This document shows positions 1 to 9,248 of a DNA stretch of 64,000 nt, piece after piece. The stretch comes from an uncultured virus (IMG/VR IMGVR_UViG_3300035698_005334) (taxonomy: Duplodnaviria > Heunggongvirae > Uroviricota > Caudoviricetes). Under the pieces are notes generated by a model that did no database searches, had not been told where the DNA came from, and saw only the letters and a list, made by a program, of their open reading frames with translations. Numbering within the stretch: the stretch's first letter is position 1; each line of letters begins with the position of its first letter. The position numbers were made by a program, and so were the translations under genes. The stretch is taken from IMG/VR virus record IMGVR_UViG_3300035698_005334; one strand, given 5' to 3'.

Positions 1-179
1 GACGGGAGCGTCTGGGCAATCGTGCCCGTGAACTCCTCCGACGCCGTCGCAGATTGCGACAGTGAGGGAAGAGTCTGAGAAATTGAGCCTGAAACGCCAG
101 CAAGACCCGCAAAGAATATCGCGACACTCGCCGCCGCAGCTACTCGATAGTCGTGCGGTCGGCGATAGACGTGGCTCAT
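1..179 (-). CDS. Partial virion/tail protein (runs off the left edge) with an I(S/A)QTLP repeat
   Basis: Manual translation from ATG at 179: MSHVYRRPHDYRVAAAASVAIFFAGLAGVSGSISQTLPSLSQSATASEEFTGTIAQTLP; open to the edge and in operon with upstream tail genes. Confidence 0.6.
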   Translation of the reverse strand, partial: MSHVYRRPHDYRVAAAASVAIFFAGLAGVSGSISQTLPSLSQSATASEEFTGTIAQTLP

Positions 180-185
180 GGGGTG

Positions 186-641
186 TTAGCCGATCTCTTC
201 GACGATAAGCTCCGCGTTCAAGGTGCAGCTCGTAATGGCAATATCCGAACGAAGGCAGAGGATCCCCGAGGGCGGGATTACAATCCGCATTTCAGGAGTC
301 GGGAGCCAATGAAACCCAGAGATCAGGTTGAACGCCCGGCGATGAAAAATAACGCCTTCAGTCTCGTCTGTTGTCAGGTCGTGGAGAACGGTGCCGCCCA
401 TCGCTGGGGATTGCAGATCAAGCGGGATTGGGGTGTTCGCTCCACCCGCACCGGCCGAACCGCTCCCCCGATGGATCTGAGCAACGGCAGTATCGCTAAC
501 TTCAGAACTTTCCCGACTTATATGCGCCTCATGGACAATGATGATTGCGTCCGCTGGCGCGGTGATGCTGATGAGATCCTGTGCGGCCGCAACCGTGGTC
601 GCGGCATCCATCAGGATCGAGTACATGCGGCCCATGCTCAT
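186..641 (-). CDS. Hypothetical virion structural protein
   Basis: Part of ORF 186..740; the likely start is ATG 641 or 635, just after the HNH stop, with GGAG upstream. Confidence 0.65.
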   Translation of the reverse strand: MSMGRMYSILMDAATTVAAAQDLISITAPADAIIIVHEAHISRESSEVSDTAVAQIHRGSGSAGAGGANTPIPLDLQSPAMGGTVLHDLTTDETEGVIFHRRAFNLISGFHWLPTPEMRIVIPPSGILCLRSDIAITSCTLNAELIVEEIG

Positions 642-642
642 T

Positions 643-1236
643 TTAGGACTCCGGTAGGTTGGCCCATTTGCGGATGTTTTCCGCAGCGGGCAAATGTTGA
701 AGGTTACCTTCGCAATGCAGTCCGCAAGCGACGTGCTCACCGTCCCGCATCGCCTTTAGCGGGATCACATGGTCTACGTGATATCCAGCCGGGCAAGTCT
801 CATAGATCGTTTGAATGGCTTCCAGGCTTGCCCATTTAGGAATAGCCTGCTTTTTCCCTACTTCACGGAGACGTTGCCAGTGAGCGCGTTTCCCACTGTT
901 TTCTTCACGATATTTAGCAGACGCCGCAGCAACCCTTCCCGGGTGTAGCGCACGATGCCGCTTTGCACTAGCGCAAACCTTATCGCGATTGACAGCAACC
1001 CAAGCGTCCTGTTGCGCCTTTACCTTCTCGCGGTTTTCTTTGTTATAAGCGCTCTTTCTCGAAGCTATTTGCTTTTTCCTTTGAGTATTCCCCGCCCAAC
1101 GACTCTGGTAGGAGCGGTTGCATGGCTTGCAGTACCAAGCGTATCCATCGGACTGTGCCCGGTTTTTCGCAAACGCATCAAGCGGTTTTCGCTCCTTGCA
1201 TTTGGAACACACTTTTTCGTAAAGCACTGTTATCAC
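643..1236 (-). CDS. Free-standing HNH homing endonuclease
   Basis: N-terminal CxxC...CxxC; C-terminal YHVDHVIPL...CGLHCEGNLQHLPAAEN HNH motif; inserted among tail genes. Confidence 0.9.
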   Translation of the reverse strand: MITVLYEKVCSKCKERKPLDAFAKNRAQSDGYAWYCKPCNRSYQSRWAGNTQRKKQIASRKSAYNKENREKVKAQQDAWVAVNRDKVCASAKRHRALHPGRVAAASAKYREENSGKRAHWQRLREVGKKQAIPKWASLEAIQTIYETCPAGYHVDHVIPLKAMRDGEHVACGLHCEGNLQHLPAAENIRKWANLPES

Positions 1237-1237
1237 T

Positions 1238-1681
1238 CTACGATTCGGGCATTGTTACTGTCCATTCCGAGATGCTCAAAGCAGCCCCCGACACGATCGC
1301 TACTGTGTTGAGAATCATATCCGCAGAGGACGTACCGACACTTCCGTCGATATGGTCGTCCAGTGCGGCGGCACCGTCATTCGAGGCGCTGGCTCGGAAC
1401 CATGTCGCTGTATCGGTAGCGTCGGCCGTGGCCCCGGCATCGATAGTCCCTGCTGTTGCCAAGCCGCCCGGTGTACCATCGCCCGCCGCCCCGAATGCCG
1501 GGTCAGCACAGCGAAGCGTGCCCAACAGGGTTTGAGCGCCGACGGCCGTATCCGGATCCGTTGCCTGGGTGTCGGCGTAGATCTTGATGACCGCGTCGCT
1601 CGATCCTTCATCGAGACGGTCAACGATAGCGTCACACGCTGCGATCGCGGCCTCGTTCGAAATCCGTGTTGCAAGAGCCAT
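1238..1681 (-). CDS. Virion structural (tail-associated) protein
   Basis: Ala/Thr/Gly-rich 147 aa with ATWFR...DGSVG motif typical of phage structural proteins; late-operon context. Confidence 0.7.
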   Translation of the reverse strand: MALATRISNEAAIAACDAIVDRLDEGSSDAVIKIYADTQATDPDTAVGAQTLLGTLRCADPAFGAAGDGTPGGLATAGTIDAGATADATDTATWFRASASNDGAAALDDHIDGSVGTSSADMILNTVAIVSGAALSISEWTVTMPES

Positions 1682-2271
1682 TAGGCTTCCTCCCTCAAGT
1701 CAATCATCGAGCCCCGATCTGGGAGGACGTCGACAACCGGATTACCGGACTCCCGTTCCTCCGCCTCGCCTGCGTAGACCGGCCATGTATGATCCACGAT
1801 CTTCTCGTGCGTGATCCGCTTGCCCTGCTCAAGCCCCCGTTTAATGCGAGCCTTGCGACTCTTGACGCTGTCCGGGGTTTCGACGTTGATGAGCGCCGTT
1901 CCTACAATCCTTCGGCCCACCTCTACCCGGCCTACCGCCCCCTCGACATGCTTGCCCTCGGGCGTGATAGCCAACCACTCCTCAAGAAGCTCTTTCAGGG
2001 TCTCCTCGGAGCGGGGCTCGAACATCTCTTCGGCAAGGTCGTTGAACTCTTTCAGAGAGTCCTTACCGAGCTGCTTCCTGAACTTGGGCAGCAGATAATC
2101 GAACTCGTCCTTGAATCTGGCGTTATAGAAATTCCGCATGACCAAACCTCGGCCGGATACGGGAATATCAGGGTCCGCCGTCGAAAAAACGGTGGGCCTC
2201 AGGAACTCAGCAGCCCACTCTCTCGCAGCGAGATCAAGGGTTGAGGTATTGATAGTTCGTTTCATCATCAC
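1681..2271 (-). CDS. Hypothetical protein
   Basis: 196-aa ORF translationally coupled to both neighbours. Confidence 0.7.
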   Translation of the reverse strand: MMMKRTINTSTLDLAAREWAAEFLRPTVFSTADPDIPVSGRGLVMRNFYNARFKDEFDYLLPKFRKQLGKDSLKEFNDLAEEMFEPRSEETLKELLEEWLAITPEGKHVEGAVGRVEVGRRIVGTALINVETPDSVKSRKARIKRGLEQGKRITHEKIVDHTWPVYAGEAEERESGNPVVDVLPDRGSMIDLREEA

Positions 2272-3287
2272 ATCCTCGAAAGTGTGTTTTGCCGGGTTGC
2301 CAGAAGTTCGACGGGGAACGGTCCGCCGCCCGCAGCTAATGTGAGAGCATAACAGCCCGCATCATAATTTGACGTGCCTCGTGTTTGTCCAAGGATGTCG
2401 TCAGTTGGTGTGTCGGCGTGCTTGTTTGCTGCTGATATAAACGCCTCTGAAATTGCGCCCGTCTTTAGTCTCATATCTGTGAACGGGCTTTCAATCTCAT
2501 CAGCGCCGCCCACTGTAGCGGTTAGATCGTTTCGCGACCCGTCATCTAGGTCGGTGTCTTCCAAACCAGTATCATCGGCAACAAGATCGCCGCCGTTAAG
2601 CGTTGCGCTGCCCGCCGTGCCTGCGGGGTAAATGTCATCGAAACCTAAGATTAAATTCTGAAAGAAATTTAGTGTTGGAAGATTAAAGAATGTAAATAGC
2701 CGCGTAGACCCTACGGTCGAAACAAACGTGTTGTTAATAAAAGTACGGGTTCCGCTGTTAATAATCATTATCGAAGCAGCCGCAGTGATGTCTTCGAACA
2801 CACAATTTTCCCACGTTATCGTGTTCGCTACCCCAGCCACAAAAAAGACCTTGTTGTTCTTACCGCCACGGAAAATCACTCTTTCAAATTTAACGCTGTT
2901 ACTAGCTTTGTTAGTGTAAAATACATTTCCGTTGTTAGCGTTCTTGTTCATCTGAACATCGTGGATGAAAATATCCCACGGTATCTCATTACGAATACAC
3001 TGCGCGCCCCCGCTGTTTGATGTGCTCAACAGCGCTCCGCCTTTCGCAGATGTGTACACCAAAGCATCAGACGTACTGAAGGCGTGAACGCCCTCCGTGC
3101 CGTCCGGCTCAATCTCTAAATTGAACCCATCTGGTGTAAAACCTAGTATGTCGGGAGAGTCGTCAATCTCGCCTTTAATCTGCACGAGTTGGTCATCGGT
3201 CAGCGTATTCCCCGCCCATAGGCGAGCCATCAACGCTGTTATGTTAGCGTCAGTTTCACCAGATCCAACAACTGTCGTTTGTACCAT
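2268..3287 (-). CDS. Putative tail spike/fibre protein, beta-helix-like
   Basis: 339 aa with Asn/Thr/Phe-rich repeats (ENCVF, INNTF, FQNLI) and a C-terminal DILGQTRG...YDAGCY motif. Confidence 0.55.
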   Translation of the reverse strand: MVQTTVVGSGETDANITALMARLWAGNTLTDDQLVQIKGEIDDSPDILGFTPDGFNLEIEPDGTEGVHAFSTSDALVYTSAKGGALLSTSNSGGAQCIRNEIPWDIFIHDVQMNKNANNGNVFYTNKASNSVKFERVIFRGGKNNKVFFVAGVANTITWENCVFEDITAAASIMIINSGTRTFINNTFVSTVGSTRLFTFFNLPTLNFFQNLILGFDDIYPAGTAGSATLNGGDLVADDTGLEDTDLDDGSRNDLTATVGGADEIESPFTDMRLKTGAISEAFISAANKHADTPTDDILGQTRGTSNYDAGCYALTLAAGGGPFPVELLATRQNTLSRM

Positions 3288-3697
3288 TATTCCCCCCGCT
3301 TAGGCACTACATCAGATCGTGCCCCGTTGGTCTTGGTGTGCGCGGTAAACTCAGCCTTGGGGACGATATAAACGGGATATGCGCGCCGTTCTAGTTCTTT
3401 GCCTGGAATTATCGCATCCAAATCCAAGGAATGCGTGCGAAACATACGTCTTTTCCCAGGCTTTTCATCCTCCGAAGCGCGCATATTAAGCTTTTGTTTC
3501 TTGGTCCACACATGGTCGGTCTGGATATATATCGTACTGCCCCCAGGGGGCTGCGGTTGCGGAACCCACCCATCAGGGAAGACTTGAACGATGTCCCCGT
3601 AAAAGTATCCATGATCCCAATTAGTCCCCCCACCCGCGCGGTCGGGATCATCCTTGCGCCTGTCAGTCCGTGCGAACACTTGTACAAAAACAGTCAT
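3287..3697 (-). CDS. Hypothetical protein
   Basis: 136-aa ORF with RBS (GAGG), coupled to the downstream gene. Confidence 0.7.
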   Translation of the reverse strand: MTVFVQVFARTDRRKDDPDRAGGGTNWDHGYFYGDIVQVFPDGWVPQPQPPGGSTIYIQTDHVWTKKQKLNMRASEDEKPGKRRMFRTHSLDLDAIIPGKELERRAYPVYIVPKAEFTAHTKTNGARSDVVPKRGE

Positions 3698-3719
3698 ATT
3701 TGCCTAACTACCAACCTCT

Positions 3720-4949
3720 TTATTTAAACGATCCGTCTTGTTTGAAAAGATCGACGGTCGCCGCCGTCTCATCATCGAGATTGATTTTCACCAACGTATT
3801 ACCGCCAGCATCAACGAACGTAGTCGGTAGCGGGCAAATGACCCGCATATGTCCGGCAACATGAGTGAATCTAGCGTACTTCCAAGCCATATGATCCACG
3901 ATCGCGACGTTTTTCAGTGTCCATGTACCCGGTCCTCTGCATCGAATAAGCTTAGGCCCGACGCCAAAAATACCAACGTTCCCTTTAGCACTACCGCCCG
4001 CCCCAACATTAATTTTATGTTGCACAACTCGCACGTCGGTAAGCTCAACATCGCCGTTGCTCGTGCTGTGAAATGCATAACCGGTATCGCCGCCCGCTCT
4101 AACGCCCTCGATCAAATCAGTGTTCGTTACGATCGTTGTAGTATGACCGCTCTTGATGACGTGTCCGCCGTATGATCCGAGACGAGAATTTATGATGGTC
4201 AACGTTGACATGCTGTCCACCACCGAACTTGAATAAATGCAATGGCTCTGACCGCTACCCCGGTGCGAGCAATCCGTCATCGTCACGTTGTCCAGCGTCC
4301 AATCGTACTGACCATCACCTTGCACACCGTGATTGCATTGCTGCAACGTCGCATCCTTGACCGATATTTTACCATGGACACGAATGCATCGAAAGCCGGT
4401 GTCACCAATCGAATCGGCACCCCGTCCCACGCCAACGCCGCCAATGATGGTAAGACCGGAAACGGTGGTGTCGGGCGATAAGCTAACCAAACAACCCTGC
4501 CCCTCAAACCCGTGCGGAGCGCTAATTTTGTCGGAACCTTTGATCACTGAATGGACGCAATCTTGCGTCGCGCCGTATCCATCGATCGTAACGGGAGCCT
4601 TCATGCCCACCGGCGTGCTAATCCGAACAGTGTGAACACCCGGTTGAAATTTGAAATCGTATCGCGGCTCTTTAGGATACCGTCGCATCAAAATGTATGT
4701 GGTTCGGTACGCCTCGCTATCCGCAAGCGATATGCAGAAATTAGCTGTCTCGCACCAGCTTGGACGCGTCGCCGGGTAGACCAGCGCTGTAGGTGGGTCA
4801 GGGGGCGTCACAACGGGCGGGACGGGCGGGAGGGTTGGCTCACCAAATGTGAATTCCAACCCGGTTGCGCCTTCGGGGATGGGGATTACATCTGCTGACG
4901 CGAGGGGGGTCAAAAAAAACAGGAACGCTAGTGCGGTTAAAATTCTCAT
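3720..4949 (-). CDS. Signal-peptide-bearing right-handed beta-helix protein, paralog A
   Basis: N-terminus MRILTALAFLFFLTPLASA|D, Pro-rich linker, beta-helix-like repeats, CNHG/SHCIYSS/GHVIKSG motifs; strong RBS AAGGAG. Confidence 0.75.
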   Translation of the reverse strand: MRILTALAFLFFLTPLASADVIPIPEGATGLEFTFGEPTLPPVPPVVTPPDPPTALVYPATRPSWCETANFCISLADSEAYRTTYILMRRYPKEPRYDFKFQPGVHTVRISTPVGMKAPVTIDGYGATQDCVHSVIKGSDKISAPHGFEGQGCLVSLSPDTTVSGLTIIGGVGVGRGADSIGDTGFRCIRVHGKISVKDATLQQCNHGVQGDGQYDWTLDNVTMTDCSHRGSGQSHCIYSSSVVDSMSTLTIINSRLGSYGGHVIKSGHTTTIVTNTDLIEGVRAGGDTGYAFHSTSNGDVELTDVRVVQHKINVGAGGSAKGNVGIFGVGPKLIRCRGPGTWTLKNVAIVDHMAWKYARFTHVAGHMRVICPLPTTFVDAGGNTLVKINLDDETAATVDLFKQDGSFK

Positions 4950-4963
4950 ACTGTGTTTCTCCT

Positions 4964-5377
4964 TTATGCCAATCGAATTGCGCTAGTTAATGCGCCTGGG
5001 GCAGGGGCTTGGACCTCGAACGTTTCATTATTCGTCGAGATATCTTCTCCGAAGTCTATGACCGCGATCGCGCGATCAGAGTCGGTGGACGCATAGATCA
5101 GGGCCCCGCGAGCCGTGATTGTGGAGGAGGCCCAAGATAGATCGTCAAAATCAACGTAAGCGACATCACCGCTTTGCGCGACCGCGACACCCGTGACGGT
5201 TTTCCCGCCCGCTGTATATCCTGTCCCGGTGACTTCTCCCGTCGCTGTATAAGCGGCCGTATCCTTGTCGATGTCGGCGGCTGTCGGGTAAAGCGCCAGC
5301 TTGAGCGTATGCGTGTCGAAGTAATCTTGAAGGAGCTTCAGCTTGTGGGCATTGCTCATGCCTTCAGTGATACTCAT
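4964..5377 (-). CDS. Virion structural protein
   Basis: GEVTGTGYTAGG...AYVDFDD...ITARGALIY motifs common in phage structural genes. Confidence 0.8.
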   Translation of the reverse strand: MSITEGMSNAHKLKLLQDYFDTHTLKLALYPTAADIDKDTAAYTATGEVTGTGYTAGGKTVTGVAVAQSGDVAYVDFDDLSWASSTITARGALIYASTDSDRAIAVIDFGEDISTNNETFEVQAPAPGALTSAIRLA

Positions 5378-5380
5378 CGC

Positions 5381-6001
5381 CTATCCCTTCATGTCGTCGG
5401 CATCCCGGCGCGACTTCTCTGTTTCGATCATCGCAGCCGCGAGGCGACGGTCATACATCGGCTGATACACGTCCTGCCAAACCTTGTTCTTTTCGAAGAT
5501 AGCGGCTTGCACGAGACACGCATAAAACAGTAGATCCGGCTTGTTGATCGATAGCCACGTTTCCCCGGCGTCGGCGAGGTCGAACAAACCCGTAATGCGC
5601 TGCGAATATTGAAGCTCGATCACGTCGGCTGTATCTGGAGTCGGGAGGATCAGGAATTTTACCTCATCCCAGCTACACCAGTATTTCGGGGTTCCGTTCA
5701 CGCTTCGATCGGGCCAATAGTCCTGCATGTAGCTATACATGCGCCTTTCCACCGGTACGCTCCCGCCCGTAACTATGCGGTGCATAGTGACCGTATTCAC
5801 GTAGGCTGGCGGCTTACCAAGGAACTCGCTGCCAATGGTAAGGGTCGTCGTCTCGTGCTCGATCATCGCGTCGGTTTCGAATTCTTCGGAGATCATCTGT
5901 TCCGCATTTTCGATCATCTCTTCGATGGCTGTCGTAAAGACGGCTTCGGTATTGATCATCCAAGCCTTCAGCCGTGTCACAACCTCTAATTTCGTTGCCA
6001 T
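5381..6001 (-). CDS. Putative head-tail adaptor protein
   Basis: GTPKYW...PTPD...DLLFYACL pattern of phage adaptor proteins; position after capsid genes. Confidence 0.7.
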   Translation of the reverse strand: MATKLEVVTRLKAWMINTEAVFTTAIEEMIENAEQMISEEFETDAMIEHETTTLTIGSEFLGKPPAYVNTVTMHRIVTGGSVPVERRMYSYMQDYWPDRSVNGTPKYWCSWDEVKFLILPTPDTADVIELQYSQRITGLFDLADAGETWLSINKPDLLFYACLVQAAIFEKNKVWQDVYQPMYDRRLAAAMIETEKSRRDADDMKG

Positions 6002-6295
6002 CTACGTCACCGTGACCGTGAAGGAACCAAGCCAAAGCTTCATGTTCTGCTGAACAACGCGCCTCGGCACGAGCGTTTTCGGCTGGTCTTGAAGTACGCG
6101 AGCGTGGTGCAGGGCTTCAGTATCGAGCACGTTCACTTGCCGTTCCTGCGGGTGCTTGGGATCCCAGCAATCCGGGCAAACGTACTGACCGCGCCAATCT
6201 TGTCGAAGAATTATGTATTTCACGACATCGCCACAGAGAGGGCACTGCGCCTTTGCCTTATGACCGAAGGCGAACCTCTGGTTAGAGATCGTCAT
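6002..6295 (-). CDS. Small Zn-finger-like phage protein
   Basis: CPLC...VCPDCWDPKHPQ. Confidence 0.7.
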   Translation of the reverse strand: MTISNQRFAFGHKAKAQCPLCGDVVKYIILRQDWRGQYVCPDCWDPKHPQERQVNVLDTEALHHARVLQDQPKTLVPRRVVQQNMKLWLGSFTVTVT

Positions 6296-6972
6296 CGGTG
6301 GGAGAACCCGGGAATGATGACCGTGTCGGCGCGGCTCCGATCTGCATCACGAGCGTTGTCGAAGGAGTCGTCGGCGACCTTTTCGATATTCGCCCGGATG
6401 GACTGATCTCGTTTACTGAACGGGAGCTTGTCGAACATCTTGAGGGTCAAGGCGTCCTGGGTGGCAGCGAGCCACCGTTGAACGCCATCGACGTTCTGGA
6501 TTGCAGCAGTGACGTCCTCGATGCGCCTGATACTCCAATACTCGATTGTATCGGTCGAATTCTCCGGGGTTTGCCATAGGTACATCACGGCCGGGGACAG
6601 CTTGTGCAGCCAGAACCGATCAGGACGCCCCGTGTCAGACTTGTTCGGGATGGACTGGTAATCGCCCTCCCCGATCTGCATGAGGTCAATATCGACGCCA
6701 TCGCGCCTCAGAGAGGCACTGGTGATCTCAATGAGGTCCGTGGGCATCGTTACAGTCGAAACCCCCGACACGACAGCCTGGGACGCCACACGGTTCTTCC
6801 AGGGCACGGTTGGGATGTTATCCCAGTCCCGAAACAGAAGGTTCAAGCTCCGGCGACAAGAACGCGCCCAATCAGCCGTGAGGATCTGCTTTGTCGTGTC
6901 CAGCCGCTCGGCAACCTCTTCTGTCATCTCCGCGACATTAAGATTGAATGTGGTCGTCCCTGACGTCGCCAT
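6292..6972 (-). CDS. Putative adaptor / tail tubular A-like protein
   Basis: MATSGTTTFNL N-terminus, RRSLNLLF, IPNK..GRP motifs typical of this adaptor family. Confidence 0.75.
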   Translation of the reverse strand: MATSGTTTFNLNVAEMTEEVAERLDTTKQILTADWARSCRRSLNLLFRDWDNIPTVPWKNRVASQAVVSGVSTVTMPTDLIEITSASLRRDGVDIDLMQIGEGDYQSIPNKSDTGRPDRFWLHKLSPAVMYLWQTPENSTDTIEYWSIRRIEDVTAAIQNVDGVQRWLAATQDALTLKMFDKLPFSKRDQSIRANIEKVADDSFDNARDADRSRADTVIIPGFSHR

Positions 6973-6975
6973 GGA

Positions 6976-7623
6976 TTAAACGCCCGACTGTTGGATCTGG
7001 GACGTTACCGTGCCGTCCGTGTACCCGGTGACAGCCTGTCGGATAGCCGACACTGGAACCGTAAGGGATCCAACGAACGCCGCCGACTTGCCGGTCATGA
7101 GTAGATCTTCGTTATGGACGGCATCGTCTTCGAGGAACCCATCGGCAAGAACATTGCTCAATGTCTTGTCGATCCCATAGGTGAGTGTCGCGCCGACCGA
7201 GATGGAGGAGAAGATCGAGACATTGAAATCTTCGTTTTTATGGTCGAGCGGGATCCATGGACCGTCGGCGGAATCGTTCGTTCCGACAAGAATTGCACCG
7301 GCTGTATCGTCATCGGTGGCGACCTGGGTCACGGTCTTGAAGTTCTTGGTGCCGTTCGTGGTCGTGCCACTGACGCCAGCAATATCTTCGGTGATGGCGT
7401 TCTCGTACCGATCCGTGCCGGTAATCGTGAACGTGCGGCTTGTTTCGTCCCCCGCGCAAGTGATCTCGATATGACGGGCGACGTCCATAGTCGCCACGCC
7501 ACCCGACGCAAGAACGCCAGTGATGGAGAGGTTCTGAATCCCCCCCGCCGCTGGCGTCTGCGAAACGGAAATACCGTTCGGATCTTTTGCAACGAGGACG
7601 ATCGCTTTACTGATCGTTCGCAT
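6976..7623 (-). CDS. Virion structural protein
   Basis: Thr/Gly/Ala-rich; FTITGTD...FKTVTQV resembles TVTGLD...FKSITNI in the next gene. Confidence 0.7.
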   Translation of the reverse strand: MRTISKAIVLVAKDPNGISVSQTPAAGGIQNLSITGVLASGGVATMDVARHIEITCAGDETSRTFTITGTDRYENAITEDIAGVSGTTTNGTKNFKTVTQVATDDDTAGAILVGTNDSADGPWIPLDHKNEDFNVSIFSSISVGATLTYGIDKTLSNVLADGFLEDDAVHNEDLLMTGKSAAFVGSLTVPVSAIRQAVTGYTDGTVTSQIQQSGV

Positions 7624-7633
7624 TGTCTACCCC

Positions 7634-8332
7634 TTAACCGCTGAACTGGTCGACGCCGAAAGCTGCGACCTTGCCACTGTGATCTACCTTGAACAGGACA
7701 GCGCATCGTCGCGTGCCGTTCTGAGCCTGGGTGAAATCAACCGTACCTCGGCAGTCGCCGTCCGTGGCTGTCGCCGGGTCGGTGGTATCCGCAACGACGG
7801 GAGCCGCGTCTTCTACAGACCCGTCAACGTTCGCTGCGAGAAGGTCTTCCAAGTTCGCGAGGGCGAAAGGAAGGCCAAGGACATCGCCAGTTCCCACAGT
7901 CAGTGATGTGACATCGCCGCTCACCTCAATATTGGTGATGCTCTTGAATGCCTTCTTACCGGTCATGCTGGTGCCGGATCCCGAACTCTCGACAACGGTG
8001 GCGCCGTAAGCATCAAGGCCGGTGACGGTCATGGTTGCCGTGCCGGTCCATGCGGCAACGACATTACGAGCGACGTCAGCAACGCCCGCGAGTGCGGCGG
8101 CTGCGAGTGCGGCAGCGACGGTGACGCTGGACGAAAACACGCCAAGCGCTGTCAAATTCTGAGAAGCGACGTAACCGTTGGCATCCGCTGTGATCGGAGC
8201 GCCAAACGAATGGGGAACCATCGGCTTCATTTCGATCCCCCGTCGGCCGTCGAGCGTGGCCGCGTAAGGACCGTAGTTCGCGCTGCCAGCAACAAGCTTG
8301 TCAGCGTGGGAAATGTGCATGTGGGTGGTCAT
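7634..8332 (-). CDS. Virion structural/capsid-associated protein
   Basis: 232 aa, ARNV...GTGDVLGLP motif; first gene after the capsid/endonuclease terminator. Confidence 0.7.
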   Translation of the reverse strand: MTTHMHISHADKLVAGSANYGPYAATLDGRRGIEMKPMVPHSFGAPITADANGYVASQNLTALGVFSSSVTVAAALAAAALAGVADVARNVVAAWTGTATMTVTGLDAYGATVVESSGSGTSMTGKKAFKSITNIEVSGDVTSLTVGTGDVLGLPFALANLEDLLAANVDGSVEDAAPVVADTTDPATATDGDCRGTVDFTQAQNGTRRCAVLFKVDHSGKVAAFGVDQFSG

Positions 8333-8384
8333 ATTCTAAATCCCTTTCAAAGGACATTGGCCGAAGCCAACATAGAAATTGAAC

Positions 8385-8431
8385 AAAAAGACGGGACACA
8401 GAGAGAAGGAGACGCACCCCCTGTGCCCCGC
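8385..8431 (-). terminator. Intrinsic terminator after the capsid/endonuclease genes
   Basis: Minus strand GCGGGGCACAGGGG...CTCTGTGTCCCGT stem followed by CTTTTTG. Confidence 0.7.
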
Positions 8432-8459
8432 TGCTCTTGGAGAGAGCTGGGTGGGCCGG

Positions 8460-9248
8460 TTACTTGCCCAGGTAATCAATCGCTTGTTTAAGGCGATCAA
8501 TGTCGTCGGAAAAATTCCCAAGACCCGTATTGCATCTCGTGCAAAGCAGGCCCCGGACTTTCCCTGTTTCGTGGCAATGGTCGACGGATAGCCTGATGAC
8601 CTTGCCTTTAATCTTCATCGTTTCATCTTTCTCGCAGATCGCGCAGCACCCTCCCTGTTTTTGGAGGAGCGCGTCGTACTCAGCGAGAGTGAGGCTGTAA
8701 TTCTTTTTCAGATCGTATCCCGTGTGCGCTTCTTTTCGGACGGCCCGATACACTTTAGCGCGGCGGTTCTTAAACGTCCTATCGTCCTCGCCTTCAACCC
8801 GCTCTGTAACAGAGAGCTTCCAGACGAAGTTGCCGGGCCCGTGCGGTTTCGTGTCGTCGGCCCGATAGAATTTATGCTTCGACGAAGGCTTATCCCCAAC
8901 GTCCAAGGCGAACTGCAAGAAATCATCTTCCCACTGGGGACAAATATCGTGCATTCCGCTGTATCTCTGCATCCATCTCCATGAGTGGAGCAAGGGATGC
9001 TTCTCAACCGATCCCCATGAGTCGGGGCGGGTATCCTCTGTATGGCCGTGACGCTCCAGGCGCTTGCGGTGCTTGTCGCAAAGCCCCTTCGTTATCGCGT
9101 CGTTCTCGCAATCCTTGATGTGGCACGGGGTTCGCTTCCCCTTGCGCTGATACTCGGTAGTTCCGGTCTTATGGAACCGCTCGTAACAGGCTCGGCAATA
9201 ACCTTTAGCAACAATCTTAATTTCACGTTTGCATGATGGGCAAGTCAT
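8460..9248 (-). CDS. Free-standing endonuclease VII-type homing endonuclease
   Basis: C-terminal QGGCCAICE...LSVDHCHETGKVRGLLCTRCNTGLG EndoVII motif; several Zn-finger motifs; lies directly after the major capsid gene. Confidence 0.9.
   Translation of the reverse strand: MTCPSCKREIKIVAKGYCRACYERFHKTGTTEYQRKGKRTPCHIKDCENDAITKGLCDKHRKRLERHGHTEDTRPDSWGSVEKHPLLHSWRWMQRYSGMHDICPQWEDDFLQFALDVGDKPSSKHKFYRADDTKPHGPGNFVWKLSVTERVEGEDDRTFKNRRAKVYRAVRKEAHTGYDLKKNYSLTLAEYDALLQKQGGCCAICEKDETMKIKGKVIRLSVDHCHETGKVRGLLCTRCNTGLGNFSDDIDRLKQAIDYLGK

Noticed and set aside
642..740. N-terminal extension of ORF 186..740
   Set aside because: It overlaps the HNH catalytic region; ATG 641/635 with an upstream GGAG is the better start
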